Shown: positions 12,721-23,890 of the stretch, piece by piece | How positions within the stretch are numbered: position 1 is the stretch's first letter | Layout: each line of letters begins with the position of its first letter | Assembly: GCA_965112155.1 (NCBI GenBank) | Contig: OZ218099.1 | Length of the DNA: 64,000 bases | Direction: 5' to 3' (one strand) | From: Podarcis liolepis | Lineage: Eukaryota | The notes under the pieces: generated by a model | Databases searched by the model: none | The model's input: the letters and a program-made list of their open reading frames with translations, nothing else | What the model was told of the DNA's origin: nothing | Made by a program: the position numbers and the translations under genes

Positions 12721-15700
12721 ATTCTGTTTAAAGAGATTGAGACTGCAATCTTATGGTCACTTTTGGCAGTAAGACCCATTTGAACTCGCTTCCCCCTTCC
12801 TCTCCTCTCCCATGCAGCTCCCTGCGTGCCCCAAATTATCTGCTCCAGAGCATCCCCCAACCCAAAGGTGAAGGAAGAAACGGAAAGGGGGTCCTGTTGT
12901 GGAAACAGATATACTTTAGATTTCCATCTATTCTTGTACCCTAGTATTTCTTCCTTTCTCCCACCACAAAACCTTCAGTCCTATTGAGTTATGCAAAATG
13001 CATCTTGACAAATTGCTGCATTCTGTCTTACAGTATTAAAAGTAGAGCAGAAATTGGATTTTTCTAACCACATAATTTGGAGGTCTTAACCGATCTCTCC
13101 ATCCATCACTGCTATATCTTCCTTGCTTCAGTGTGGGCAGGTAGTGTGTTGTTTTTGCTGGATCAGCTTTTGCTGACGGGCATATTCAGATGATGGAAAC
13201 CTAATTCTGTAGGCAAAGATAAGGTTCAGTTATACTTCATCTCATTTTCCAGGTTGAACATGGAACAACTACAGCTACATAACCGCCAGCCGTGTTTATC
13301 CAAAGGCAAATGGGTGCAGCTGGATTTGCTCTTGTTTTCCAGCTCTAATCTCCCTCATCTGGACCAAGGAGGAGTAATTTGTTTTAGCATCTTTTTAGCT
13401 AAGAGTAGCTGGTTTGTTACCATACCAAGATAGAAGAAAACAACCACACACAGTTCTAAGTACAGGCCATTAATGGCTAAACTTAGACTTCAAAATCCCT
13501 ATAACGTCTTACATAAACTTAAACATTTAATTTATTTCCTAGAGAGACAAGAAGCTGGTGCTTCCCGCCGCCCCCCACCTCCACTCTTAACCTCCCCCTC
13601 ATGTGTCAGTCAGCTACCAGAATCTGGAAATGATTTTAAAATTCCTTCATATTATTCAAGGCAGAAGAATTACCAAAATTGTGCTCTAAGCAAAACAGCA
13701 TTCTTGGGTTGCCAAGGCAGTAAACAATGGCTTTAGGAAATGCAATAAGACTTCAACATCTGTTTTGGAGCTGATATTTTAACCATTCTGTGTTTATTTT
13801 ACATGCCTGGTTGGTGATCTCTGTCATACATCTGTGAAGCCAAAAACCAAGACAATGAAAGAGGTAGCAAGTCAGTCTGGAGCTCCAACTATAAGCCTGG
13901 TTTTCCATGCTGAGTTTTTAACATAAAAGTGCTTCTGGCTTTTGTCTTAAGTTTGTGAATGATAACATAGTTTAGCAAATCATGCTACCATTACAAGACT
14001 TTTTGCATACACCTAGGACAGTCATGAGTTTTAAAAGAACATCATTGTGCTTGACAGCTTTAGATAGAAAAGCACAAATATCCTGCACCTTCAATCTCAT
14101 GTGGAACCTTAAAGGTTGCTGAAAATATCCTCCTGAAACAGTAACACCACTCAACAATAGCAGAAGTACTAGATTAAGTAGCTGCACAGGTTAACCACAG
14201 GAAGTTGACTATCAGCCAAACTTCTCATGGCACCAAATGCATCATTAGCACCCATATTACATGGCCAGGATAGGAAACCCAACTGCTTCTCAGCAGCAGT
14301 TCTGACAGTCTCCCAGCTCCCAAGAAGAAAATGGGAGCTTTCTTTTCAGGGCCAACAAGCCATGGGAAAGGGATGATCTCCATCAGTACTGCAATGAGGT
14401 ATGAAAGGGCTGAACATCTGCTTCCTACTTCTGCAATCCTGACAAAATCAGACATCACCACCTGCGCCTAACATCACTTTTTAAAAAACAAGCATGCAGG
14501 CATATTATCAGTATCAGCATCATGCTGTATGTAGTTCAGCCTTGATGGGTCTTTTTCCATAATGCACACCAAAATACACTTAAACTGGAATCCTAAACAC
14601 AGTAGGGAGTAAGAACCATTTGGCAAAATCATACTGACTTCCAAGTAATTTGGAATTTGGAAAGACTTTCTCAGGGCAGCTGACACAGTGTAGTAAAAAC
14701 AGTAAAAAATAATTTATATTCTCTTAAGATTTAGTTTAAAGTGCATTTTTTATAGCCTCATCCAAAGGAATTTGCACAGAGGAGCACATAAAGATTTATG
14801 CCACTGCTACTGAAGCACCATCCACTGCATGGCAATTGAGATAGAGGCAGACAACGCTGTTCCAGTTGCTATTGAATCTCTGAATCTCCATGTAGGATTG
14901 CTAGGAGGCTAAGCCTGCAAAATAGCACCAGTTGCTACTAAGTACCCCCAGAGTGGGAACACAAGTGGCTATTTCTGTATCAGCACTTTGAGTAATCCCA
15001 GCATCGCTACAAGTCTGCCCTGTCAGACAAAGGTTTTGAAAATGTAAAGGTAGAGTCTGGACCCAGTTGCACTGAAAAACCTAATTCTGTACTGCACAGC
15101 AAGAAACGAAGCCATGCATGTTGCAATCAAGTTGACTTTGCAGTATCTCCTAGAAAGATTGCGTGAGAAGGCAGGCCCCTCATAAAACAACTCCCCTTAT
15201 TTGGCACATCAGTTGTCTGGTTTGGAGCTGGGAGTTTCACCTGAAATGTTGGTTGTTTTTTGGCAAGGAAGTGAGAGTTGGAAGTTATTTCTGAGACAGT
15301 GTTAGGACATCTTGCCTTCTTGTTGCTCCTAGCATCCATCCCTTTGCAAACAAAATGGACTTTGATTCATCTTCTACAAGAAGGCATAACTCCACTGTAA
15401 CAACATCACTTCAGAAGTTGAATCTGTGAAAATCAGTCAAGCTTTATTAAAGTGTAGGCCCTGAAGATGTCCCTTGTGAAACAGAATGAAGCAGATACTA
15501 ATGGGCATCTGTGCTAAATTTCAGTGGAGCAGGATCTAGTCTTGTAGCATAAGTTTTTGAAAGACTGCAGTTGTGAGGAAATATTCCCATAGTTATATTC
15601 AGTAGATCTCTGGGCCTATTTTCCCCTTTAATTCTTGCTTCTGTATAAACTTTTAGGTGGTGTACAGGGATAGGTAACACAGAGACCCCGAATGTTGAAA

Positions 15701-16223
15701 GAACTGAAACAACCTTACAATTCTATAATTCTAGGAATTGTTTACTCTTCAGTTTCAGGTTTCTGCCAAGCATTCATGGATCAACAGAAGGTCCTATGAT
15801 ACTGAATTCTAAGATGTATGGAGTGTACAGAACTGAGAAGTTAGTTACTTAACACTAGGCATTTTCAGCCCTCTGTAGCCCTACGTTATGTGGCTGTTAG
15901 AGGGTTGGCAACATACATTTCTGCTTAGGAAACCTATGGCAAAATATAGCAAGGTAACATGCAGGTGGTGACTGGGATCTTCTCTAGCTTATACTATTCA
16001 GTAGCCAAAGTTTATTGAATATTCTTCACTGTATTTGTTTTATAGGTGTTCCTTTGTGGAGTGGGTTCTGCGCAGAGCTGATGCACAGTCAGTTTGGACT
16101 GTGAAAATGTGTAGTATAAAAAGGTGGAACCAAATGTGGAAACCAAAGGATAAAATGTATCTTAAGTGTTTTCTACAACAAATGGAAAGTGTGTGTTTTT
16201 TAGTCACAGAAGAGTTTAAGATG

Positions 16224-16230
<7 letters not shown>

Positions 16231-16283
<53 letters not shown>
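16231..16283. repeat. (TA)n microsatellite
   Basis: Direct reading. Confidence 0.95.
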
Positions 16284-16286
<3 letters not shown>

Positions 16287-16507
16287 AGGTGACCATTTAT
16301 GCATCACTTCCCCCCCCCCCAGATTTGCATAACATTTACATTATGCTATTTTATATGTAGAGGTGCAGATTTAAAAATAATAATTTTAATAGAAATGCAA
16401 TGCATTTCACCTTAGTGGTGAGAACTGTGACCTGTGTGCCTGCTCAGTCGGTTGTCTAGGTTGGTAGCTATTGTCAAGCAACTTCAGGGGTCCTGCTTTC
16501 CTTTTTA

Positions 16508-16746
16508 GAAGAGTTTGGATTTGATATCCCGCCTTTCACTCCCCTTCAGGAGTCTCAAAGCGGCTAACAATCTCCTTTCCCTTCCTCCCCCACAACAAAC
16601 ACTCTGTGAGGTGAGTGGGGCTGAGAGACTTCAAAGAAGTGTGACTGGCCCAAGGTCACCCAGCAGCTGCATGTGGAGGAGCGGAGACGCGAACCCGGTT
16701 ACCCAGATTACGTGACTACCACTCTTAACCACTACACCACACTGGC
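16508..16746 (-). mobile_element. tRNA-derived SINE (Squam3-like)
   Basis: Minus-strand head gccagtgtggtgtagtggttaagagt with A/B-box-like motifs; highly similar to the copy at 26889-27139. Confidence 0.85.
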
Positions 16747-17457
16747 TCTTATGGTTCTTTATCTTTAAAAAGGCATCTCTTCCAATAGAGGACTGTCCTC
16801 TGAAAAGTAGAACATGTGGCCACCCTATCAAGAAGTTATAGTCAGGTAGTCCTAGCTGGGGCCCTGTCCCCAAATCATCATCTTTTTATTGTCTCCAGAT
16901 GAGGCCTCAGGCACTGTTTTTGGTTCTGAAAGCCTCAGTTTCTTGCTTTCTGCAAACATAATTGTGTGGGGGAAAATACAAACAGTGCCGAATTCAAAAT
17001 TGTAGATGAGAAGTGTGATTAAATTGTGTATGTATGACTTGCCGGAAATGCACTAGAAGTAAACAGGTTGGACAAGGAATGCAAAAAATATCCCTGCCAT
17101 CCCCTGGAAGTATCACATACATTGCTTGGGTTCTGAGCCTTTTGCAAGTGTTCTTACTCCAAAAATGATAGAATGATAGAAGCATCTTTTTTTAAGAGTA
17201 ACATTTAGCAACTCCTGCATCTGAAAAGGGTATTTGGAGTTTATGTGGAGAGTCGAGTAAACTGTTCCACACAGCTCCATCCTGTATACCTTTCACTGCC
17301 TTGGGGCAAGCTGATTATATTAATGAGACTTCTGCACCTGCAAGTGATTTACTGGGTGTACGAAATGAAGACGCAGAAACTTCAGCCAAGTTATCCAGAT
17401 TTCTGTGTCAGTGGCCCTGGCGTAAACCCTAATGCCTTGATTTCTCTTCGTTTGCAG

Positions 17458-17864
17458 GAGCATTGCTGCTGGGGGGGATTCTCTACTCCTGGCAGTTCCC
17501 TCATTTCAATGCACTCAGCTGGGGGCTCCGCGAAGATTACTCCAGAGGTGGCTACTGCATGATGTCTGTCACCCACCCAGACATGTGCAGGCGGGTGGCT
17601 CTGCGTCATTGCCTCGCCTTAATTGGACTTTCATCACTGGCTCCCATCCTTGATGTCACCACGTGGACTTTCCCCATAATTTCTCTTCCCGTCAACCTGT
17701 ACATTTCCTACCTCGGCTTTCGTTTCTACAGAGACGCTGACCGTGGCAGCTCCCGGAAGTTGTTTTTCTGCAGCTTGTGGCACTTGCCAATGCTCCTCTT
17801 GCTCATGCTAACTTGCAAGAAATCTTGGTACAAAAAGGACAATGAAAAGGAATCCTTGAGTTGA
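17458..17864 (+). CDS. COX10: Protoheme IX farnesyltransferase, last coding exon (equivalent to human exon 7) with TGA stop
   Basis: tttctcttcgtttgcag acceptor ending at 17457. Translation (G)[40 protein letters not shown]...[25 protein letters not shown]...ESLS* contains the WQFPHF and [10 protein letters not shown]10 motifs and is in frame with the previous exon across an 11.8 kb intron. Confidence 0.97.
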
Positions 17865-18800
17865 GACATCATGTTGAAAAACTCATGTTGCCTTTGTGAT
17901 AACTATTGGCTTCAGAAGCTCCTGTTCAAAATGGCGTACATATTTCAGTTATCATGCAGCAGGGAGGTTTTCTGTTGACGTATTCAGAGAGAATATTTTG
18001 TGTCCAGTGAACACTCTCTGTGATTTTTTTCAAATTAAATAATTTGATTTGGGACACACACATGACTCTTGGATTTGATTTTCGAATGTGAGATCCTTCC
18101 GTTGACTATACGGAGATGATGCTAAGATGCATGTTATATCTTAATAGCATACTGATGAAAGAACAAATATCTAATTCTTAAGGATGTATGGCAAGCCTGC
18201 TGAATCTAGTCTGGCAACAGTTCCCACAGGTGACTCATATGCATCTACACTTTTCCACACCAGAACAGGAGGATTAGCTTAACAATATGCAAAAATCGCT
18301 CTGCCCTAGTTCTAGGAGTATATTCTCATTCTGTATGGAAAGTGGAAGGGAGTAACAGTATTTGGAGCTGAAAGAAACCAGTAGGGAGTGTCATCCTCTC
18401 AGAGATGCTATTAACCTATGAGGGTGCCAAATTTCCACCTTTATTTAAACTTTTTCTGAATATGGTATAGACAGTTCATAAAGGAAAGATACAGAGAAGT
18501 TTGACTGGAGCCATTAAAAAGCTCTTAAAAAGGAAAAACAGCCATGACTACTTGAGAGAGAGAGAAAGAGAAAGAGAGAGAATGAATAATAAGGGGTACA
18601 CATACATTTTGTGTGTGTGTATGTGCGCGCGCACATGGAACATAAAGCCCCCAATGTATGTTTAAAGGCAGACCACATGCAGAAATACATTGCTTTCCCA
18701 TCAGCCAGGTATTTACTCTGTACAAGCCCTCACCTCATCTCTGGTTACCAACTTAGAAGTCCTTTTGGCATTTAAGCGGATCATAAATAATAACCCTTAA

Positions 18801-18806
18801 AATAAA
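18801..18806 (+). terminator. Candidate COX10 polyadenylation signal (AATAAA)
   Basis: First canonical AATAAA I found after the COX10 stop (~940 nt downstream). ATTAAA variants occur earlier (e.g. 18513). No transcript evidence. Confidence 0.4.
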
Positions 18807-18815
18807 GAATGTTAG

Positions 18816-19730
18816 TACCTGGCAGGATTTGTAGTCAAAGCCATGGGGTTAGAAGGGCCCAACAGTTTGGGTAGCTCCAGGAATGACTCCTAGAACAAAA
18901 ATCTGCCCATTGACTGGAAGTGTACAACTCAATTCTTGGTTTTCTGACAATCGGCCTGCTTGAAAGGAAACAAACTTATGCCCGGCAAATTTCCACCCCA
19001 TCAGACCTTTGACAACTTTCATGCCATCCTACTTTCATAGCAGCCTTTTTGCTAGTAGGTTATGATTGCCATCCTCCATCCAGGAAGGAGCTATTCGTTG
19101 TCTGAATTTCCGTTTCCTAGAAGTGCCTCCGACTCTTATTTCCTCCAACACATCATCAAGCAACCCTGATGGAAATGGAAATACAGAGCGGATGGAATCA
19201 GCTCAGTCTGGCCACGGAGAAAACATTTTGAACCAATCTGAAACAAGGAAATAACCTTCAGGGTGTAACTACTGTGGCTGAACAACCACAGAAACAGAAG
19301 CTTGTTCACTTTATATGCCAATCTTGTTTATGGCTTCAAGATGCTAGGTTAGTTGCGTATAGTTTATTGCATTCTTTTAACGCTAGCTTTTATATCATAG
19401 TTTTTCATGTTTCCACTACTTTCAAAAAGAATATTCAAAGCACAACGATCATCTTCCTTTCATCACATACACCCCACCAAATAATTTAAGTTCATTTGGA
19501 ATGTGAAGGTTTATTGGAATATATGTGAGATCAAGGTGCCTTTCTTGGAGATAGAGGGACCTAGCATAGAACAAGGACAAAACTGTTGTTATTTTACCTA
19601 CTTGCATTGTTGTCTAATTGCAGGGAATGGAGAGTTACCAGAAAACATTTGGGATGTCTGAATGAACAATTTGTAGGTGAGAATTGTAGGTGAGAACTGA
19701 GGGCATCATGGCAATTAATTCACAATGCTA
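18816..19730 (-). pseudogene. Endogenous bornavirus-like L polymerase fragment (EBLL), copy B, decayed
   Basis: About 80% nt identity to copy A over 18833-18995 (vs 20104-20262), plus shorter shared anchors upstream (tgagatcaaggt; ttccacta; AGG CTG CTA TGA AAG TAG vs AGG CTA GTA TTA TTG CAG). Translation keeps L-like blocks missing from copy A: GGVYVM ~ HGCYSL; VSVVVQPQ*L ~ VSSRVDIPHSL; DSIRSV...LEEI ~ DRLESV...LEEL; ends LPVNGQIFVLGV...PHGFDYK ~ QPVLVEVVYYVGV...PWSADLK. The upper boundary is uncertain. Confidence 0.62.
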
Positions 19731-20097
19731 CTCTGATCTATGTTTGCAAGAATGAGTTGAGGAGAACCTGCACAACCAATTTAACTGTCATATATACAGG
19801 TTGATCTACTTCCCCACAGATACATACACACACATCCCCAGAACACAATAGTACTATTAAAAGTACAATTCTGTATGTGTCTACTCAGAAGTAAGTCCTA
19901 CTGAGTTCAGAACTTCCACACAATTCAGACCACTGCTGAACAAGCTGTAGAAGAGGTCGTACAAAGACAACAACTAATTTATTTGGCACGATTTCATGAA
20001 TCCAGACCAAGCTCCCACTTAAATCAGTGGCATGACTTGTCTATTTGCAATGCTTTCAATGGGACCAAAGTAGGCTGGATCTAAACTATTGTGTCCA

Positions 20098-21330
20098 GAA
20101 GGCAGTCAAATCCATGGGGTAAGGGCTCAAAGGTTTTGGGTAGGCCTAGGAGTGACTCCTAGCGCAAAATCTGGCCATTCACTGGAAGCATACAGCTCAC
20201 CTCTTGTTTTTCTGACAACCAGCCTTCTTGAAAGGAAATAACTTCTGCCGGACTAATTCCCATTCTGCCAGTGTTAGATTCTGCTATAAATTCATAAGGA
20301 ACAAGTTCTGGCTTCCAACTGCAATAATACTAGCCTAACTTACTGGATTATTTTAAGAATTGCTGAAATAATGTATGTGACATACTCTCGACAATCTAAA
20401 ATACTAAAGAAATACATGCTAATGCTGCGATCCTATGCTTACTTGCTGAGATTAATCTCTCAGTAGGGCTTGCTTCTAAGTAGCAGGGGTTTCCAATGAA
20501 GAACAAATGAATAACCGAAACACGGGTCCTCTCAAATACAACTAATTTCATTGTTCCAATATGGAGTTGTCTTGCTTCCACTATCAGTTTTGCTAATAAA
20601 GCTTTCCTTGGCCTGGTTGTCTTTATGCGCAGAGATTCCCATGAGATCAAGGTTGTGGGCAGGCAGGGGAAGCATAGGAAATACCACGCCCGATCAAAAC
20701 ATCATGTTATCCATTTTGAAACTGCAACAGATTTCTTCCTTTCTCTGTTTTAAAGTGTAGCCAGTGGTTGTGTGTGACTTTGTGCAACCACACCTTCAAT
20801 CCAGAGTGGTTTCTTTCTGAATTTGAAAAGAGCTGTAGGATAATGGGCAATTGTGTCCATGACCCTTTTTCTTTCCCAGTAAACCATTAGAGATTGCCAC
20901 CTGGCCAGTTTTTTTCTGCCACCTGATTGCTTTTCTAATACTGAATCGATGACAGTCAATGGACAGCTTCTAAATGTGCATATATTTATATTAATGAAAT
21001 ACCATAATGCACCAGTGGCTATTATTTTGTTTTCCTCAGGGGTAGGGGAAGACTCCTGATCACAGAAGTGAGAAAATGGGAAATTATTGATCTGATCTAC
21101 CATTGCTTGAGGGCCTGTGGCCATTAATATTCCCAGAAACCAGCTTTTGATACTCAAAGGTGGGAACTCATGTAATCATGTGTTACCTGGCTCTCCCATG
21201 TTTTTCATCTTTTTAAATGATTCTAAACAAGGAGATGGAAGAGGTGGAGGTAGAATAAGCACACACCTTGCCCTAGTAACTCCCAAAAGTCCAACATCTC
21301 AGTCACCTGAGCATCATATCCCATTGTAAC
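20098..21330 (-). pseudogene. Endogenous bornavirus-like L polymerase fragment (EBLL), copy A, decayed (stops, frameshifts, internal deletions)
   Basis: One minus frame (containing ORFs 20750..21157 and 20396..20650) has only 5 stops in ~335 codons. Colinear matches to recalled BoDV-1 L: EFPPLSIKSWFLGILM (21169-21122) ~ EFDPCVSAGYCLGILI; ALWYFI (21010-20993) ~ SLWRFL; LMVYWERKRVMD ~ LMKVFQDSALLMD; KKSVAVSK ~ SKYHAVSE; PTTLI ~ PTQFV; IHLFFIGNPCYLE (20512-20474) ~ IILVLGGDPAYYE; after a frameshift AILKIIQ*VRLVLL (from 20363) ~ PIYRSLQSFRLALM; YEFIAE ~ YSFVMD; PVNGQI.ALGV ~ PVLVEVVYYVGV. Boundaries approximate. Confidence 0.72.
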
Positions 21331-22339
21331 AAATGTCCAGAACAGCAGCTGTGATAGCCTGTTGCAGCGAAAACAACTGTGGTTTGTGGCAGGCTAACGA
21401 CTTAATTGATTATGGCACAAGCATTGTGTGTACCACAATATACACCTCTGTGAATCTGATTGCTATGAACTCGGCCTCACAATTCATTTGAAGGGCATAT
21501 GCAGTGGACAAGCCAGTTGCTCAAGACATCTCTCGGAGGTGGATTTAGGGCAGCATGACCAGTTCCCCCACATAGGGCACTGATACCAAGGCAATGCCTT
21601 CCTGCCTACTTCCCAAAGCCTAGAAAGCACTCAGTTCGGGTTGGAGACGTAACGGTTCTGGCAGGGTCCTAGAGTCTCCTTCCTTCTCGAAGCCTAGTTA
21701 GCACTTGCCCTGCTTTGAGAGGGGTGAAGAAGGGCTCTAGGACCACGCTAGAGCCCTCATGCCTCCTTCCCATAGCCCAGTGCCTTGTTTACTCGGCTTT
21801 GGGGAAGCAGTGTGAAGGCTGGGAGGAGGCGTCAAATTTGGGTCTCACTTGGGGCACCATATTACCATTTCTCTTGCCTGTTTTCTTTTGAAGAAAGAAG
21901 ACATTCCTCGTTGTTTTGTTTTGTTTTTTGAAGGAAGGTCAAGATGTGGACACTGCAAGAATGACTTAACACTTTGCTGGGGCGGTTCCACCGGGTTTGG
22001 TTTTCATTTATTTGAAAGGCTGCATGTTTTCAACAGAACAAGGCATCAAGACGGATGTGAGGCAATCATCCTTCCAAATGTTCCCAACTAGAAGACGGGA
22101 TTGTACTGGAAGCAAGGGAAATGGTTACAAGAGGACATCAAACATTAAGTTATCTGGATTTATTTAAGTTAACTTGGGAGCAGCGGGGTATTATGTCTTA
22201 CAGTGGAAAATAATAAAATGAAACTCAACAAAGAAAAGCATTAAGCATGACACATTGGAAAGAAATGGCAAATGTATAATTACCAAACTGGGGAGACGAT
22301 TGTCTGGGCTCCAGCATTACCGAGAAGGAATAAGAAGGA

Positions 22340-22700
22340 ATGAGAGTCTATCTGAAGCTGAGCCAGCAACGTAGCATTTCTTACAAGACAACAGACACTA
22401 CTTGAAGCTGTATTAACAGCATCTTCAGCCTGCCAGACGGGAGGGGGTAATAGTCTTGTTTTATTTGGCACTAAGTAGGTCTCCAGTGCAGTATTGTGTC
22501 CAGTTGTGGTCACCACTTTTAAAGACGGATTAGACTAAACTGAAAACGATTCTGAGGGAAGCAACAAAACTGACACTTTGGAATGCATGACACAGGAGGG
22601 GGGAAACTGTAGAAACTTGTCGCGGTTAGTTAGCCTAGAGGAAAGAAGGGTGGATGGAAAGAAATGATAGCAGCTCTCGGGTATCTAGACATGCAGGGAA
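22340..22700 (+). mobile_element. Old CR1 ORF2 3' remnant (continues at ~23490-23650)
   Basis: agtattgtgtccagttgtggtcaccacttttaaagacggattagactaaactgaaa ~ CR1 EYCVQFWSPHFKKD.DKLE; heavily decayed. Confidence 0.6.
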
Positions 22701-22889
22701 GGAAAACCTGGAGCAGCTCCTCCCCAAAGGCCCACTTCTGACTGAAGTGGTAAGCCAACATCTGCGTTGCCCTGCTTCGAATTGCAGGTGAGGGCTGACA
22801 GTTGTGCCAGTGGTATAGTGGCATCATGCACAGTGCAACCCAGATTCATGTTCTGGCAGGTGCATGCCTTTCTGTCTCTTTGGAGAAGG

Positions 22890-23262
22890 AGTGTCACTCT
22901 GTTGTAGAGCACCTGCTCTGCATGAAAAAAATGTCATTGGCATCTCCATTTAGAGCTGGGGAAAACTTCTGACTGAAGAGACATTGCTAGTTGGTGTAGA
23001 GTAGACAATCATGGGCTAGATCAGGCATGTCCAAAGTCCATTTTGGGGGCCTAATTCAGTCCGCCGGTCAGTTTAATCTGGCCCCTGTGGCAGTTAATTT
23101 CCTGGGGTAAAATCCTCAAGAACGTCAATCCTAAAAAAAGGTTAAAAACTTTGGTCGGCCCTCACGGCCCTTAACTTCATCAAATCTGGCCCTCTTTGGA
23201 AAAGGTCTGGACACCACTGGGCTAGATAGACCAATGAATTGACCTGTTATAAGGCAGCTGTG
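22890..23262 (+). mobile_element. Old tRNA-derived SINE interrupted by the hAT MITE
   Basis: gtagagcacctgctctgcatg head; ...gtagacaatcatgggctagat[MITE]agaccaatg...ataaggcagct tail; related fragments near 2405-2610 (+) and 58490-58670 (-). Confidence 0.55.
23022..23219. mobile_element. hAT (Charlie-like) MITE
   Basis: Imperfect TIRs caggcatgtccaaa...tctggacaccactg flanked by an exact 8-bp TSD ggctagat (23014-23021 and 23220-23227). Confidence 0.85.
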
Positions 23263-23374
23263 TTTCATAACTGCATATTTCTCCATCAGGAAGATTCAGA
23301 AAACTAGATGTCAAAGAGAAATCTTCTAGAATATCCTTCTGCCCAACATACTAGTTTTCTATGAGTAGAAAACT

Positions 23375-23376
23375 TT

Positions 23377-23428
<52 letters not shown>
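23375..23428. repeat. (TTTC)n microsatellite
   Basis: Direct reading. Confidence 0.95.
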
Positions 23429-23431
<3 letters not shown>

Positions 23432-23831
23432 ACTCAAATGGCACTGTCAAGACACAGGTTTAAAACCTCAGGGAAACAAGGACATGAGGGAAGCACTGAA
23501 AGGACAAGAGGCATCAAATTAAAGTTTCAGCAGAGCTGAAATCAGGTGACTACCTTCCTAACTGTAAGAAGTGGGCCACAGAATAAGTTAACTGTGGAAG
23601 TTGGGCAATTTATTTCTGGAGGCTTTTAAAGGGAGGCTCCATGAGGTCAGCTCTTGTGGTTCTATGCACTGGCATTCTTATAGATCCCCCAGGGGAAATG
23701 ATACATTGCTAGGCTTTCAAATTAAGAGCTCATTCTAATGCCCTGTTTCTTTCTTGCCACTTAGTTATGGCTAGAAAAAAACTTTTGCCCAAAGCACACC
23801 AATTTATATAACATAGGTATAGATGATAGAT

Positions 23832-23890
<59 letters not shown>
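23832..23890. repeat. (TAGA)n microsatellite
   Basis: Direct reading. Confidence 0.95.

Noticed and set aside
18833-18995. Duplicated 160 bp segment as a snoRNA or other ncRNA pair
   Set aside because: No convincing H/ACA or C/D boxes, not intronic, and substitutions follow a codon pattern.
18830-19340. Resemblance of copy B translation to arenavirus nucleoprotein (EGR...P.NGQ...HG.D; KRKF~KRKL)
   Set aside because: Hand-scored similarity is at noise level, the catalytic Asp is missing, and different parts of copies A and B matched the same NP segment. The bornavirus L alignment explains both copies colinearly.
19030-20700. Resemblance to hepadnavirus core (ADSIRSVFP...EEI) and polymerase RNase H (LPAHNLDL...TDS)
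   Set aside because: Short isolated matches, one in a different frame from the long open frame, and the gene order does not account for the duplicated segment.
20240-21100. Resemblance to Gypsy/retroviral RNase H and integrase (KLARWQ; VESMSHTL; GISPAEV)
   Set aside because: Spacing is far too short for RH-IN, no DDE or HHCC set, no LTRs.
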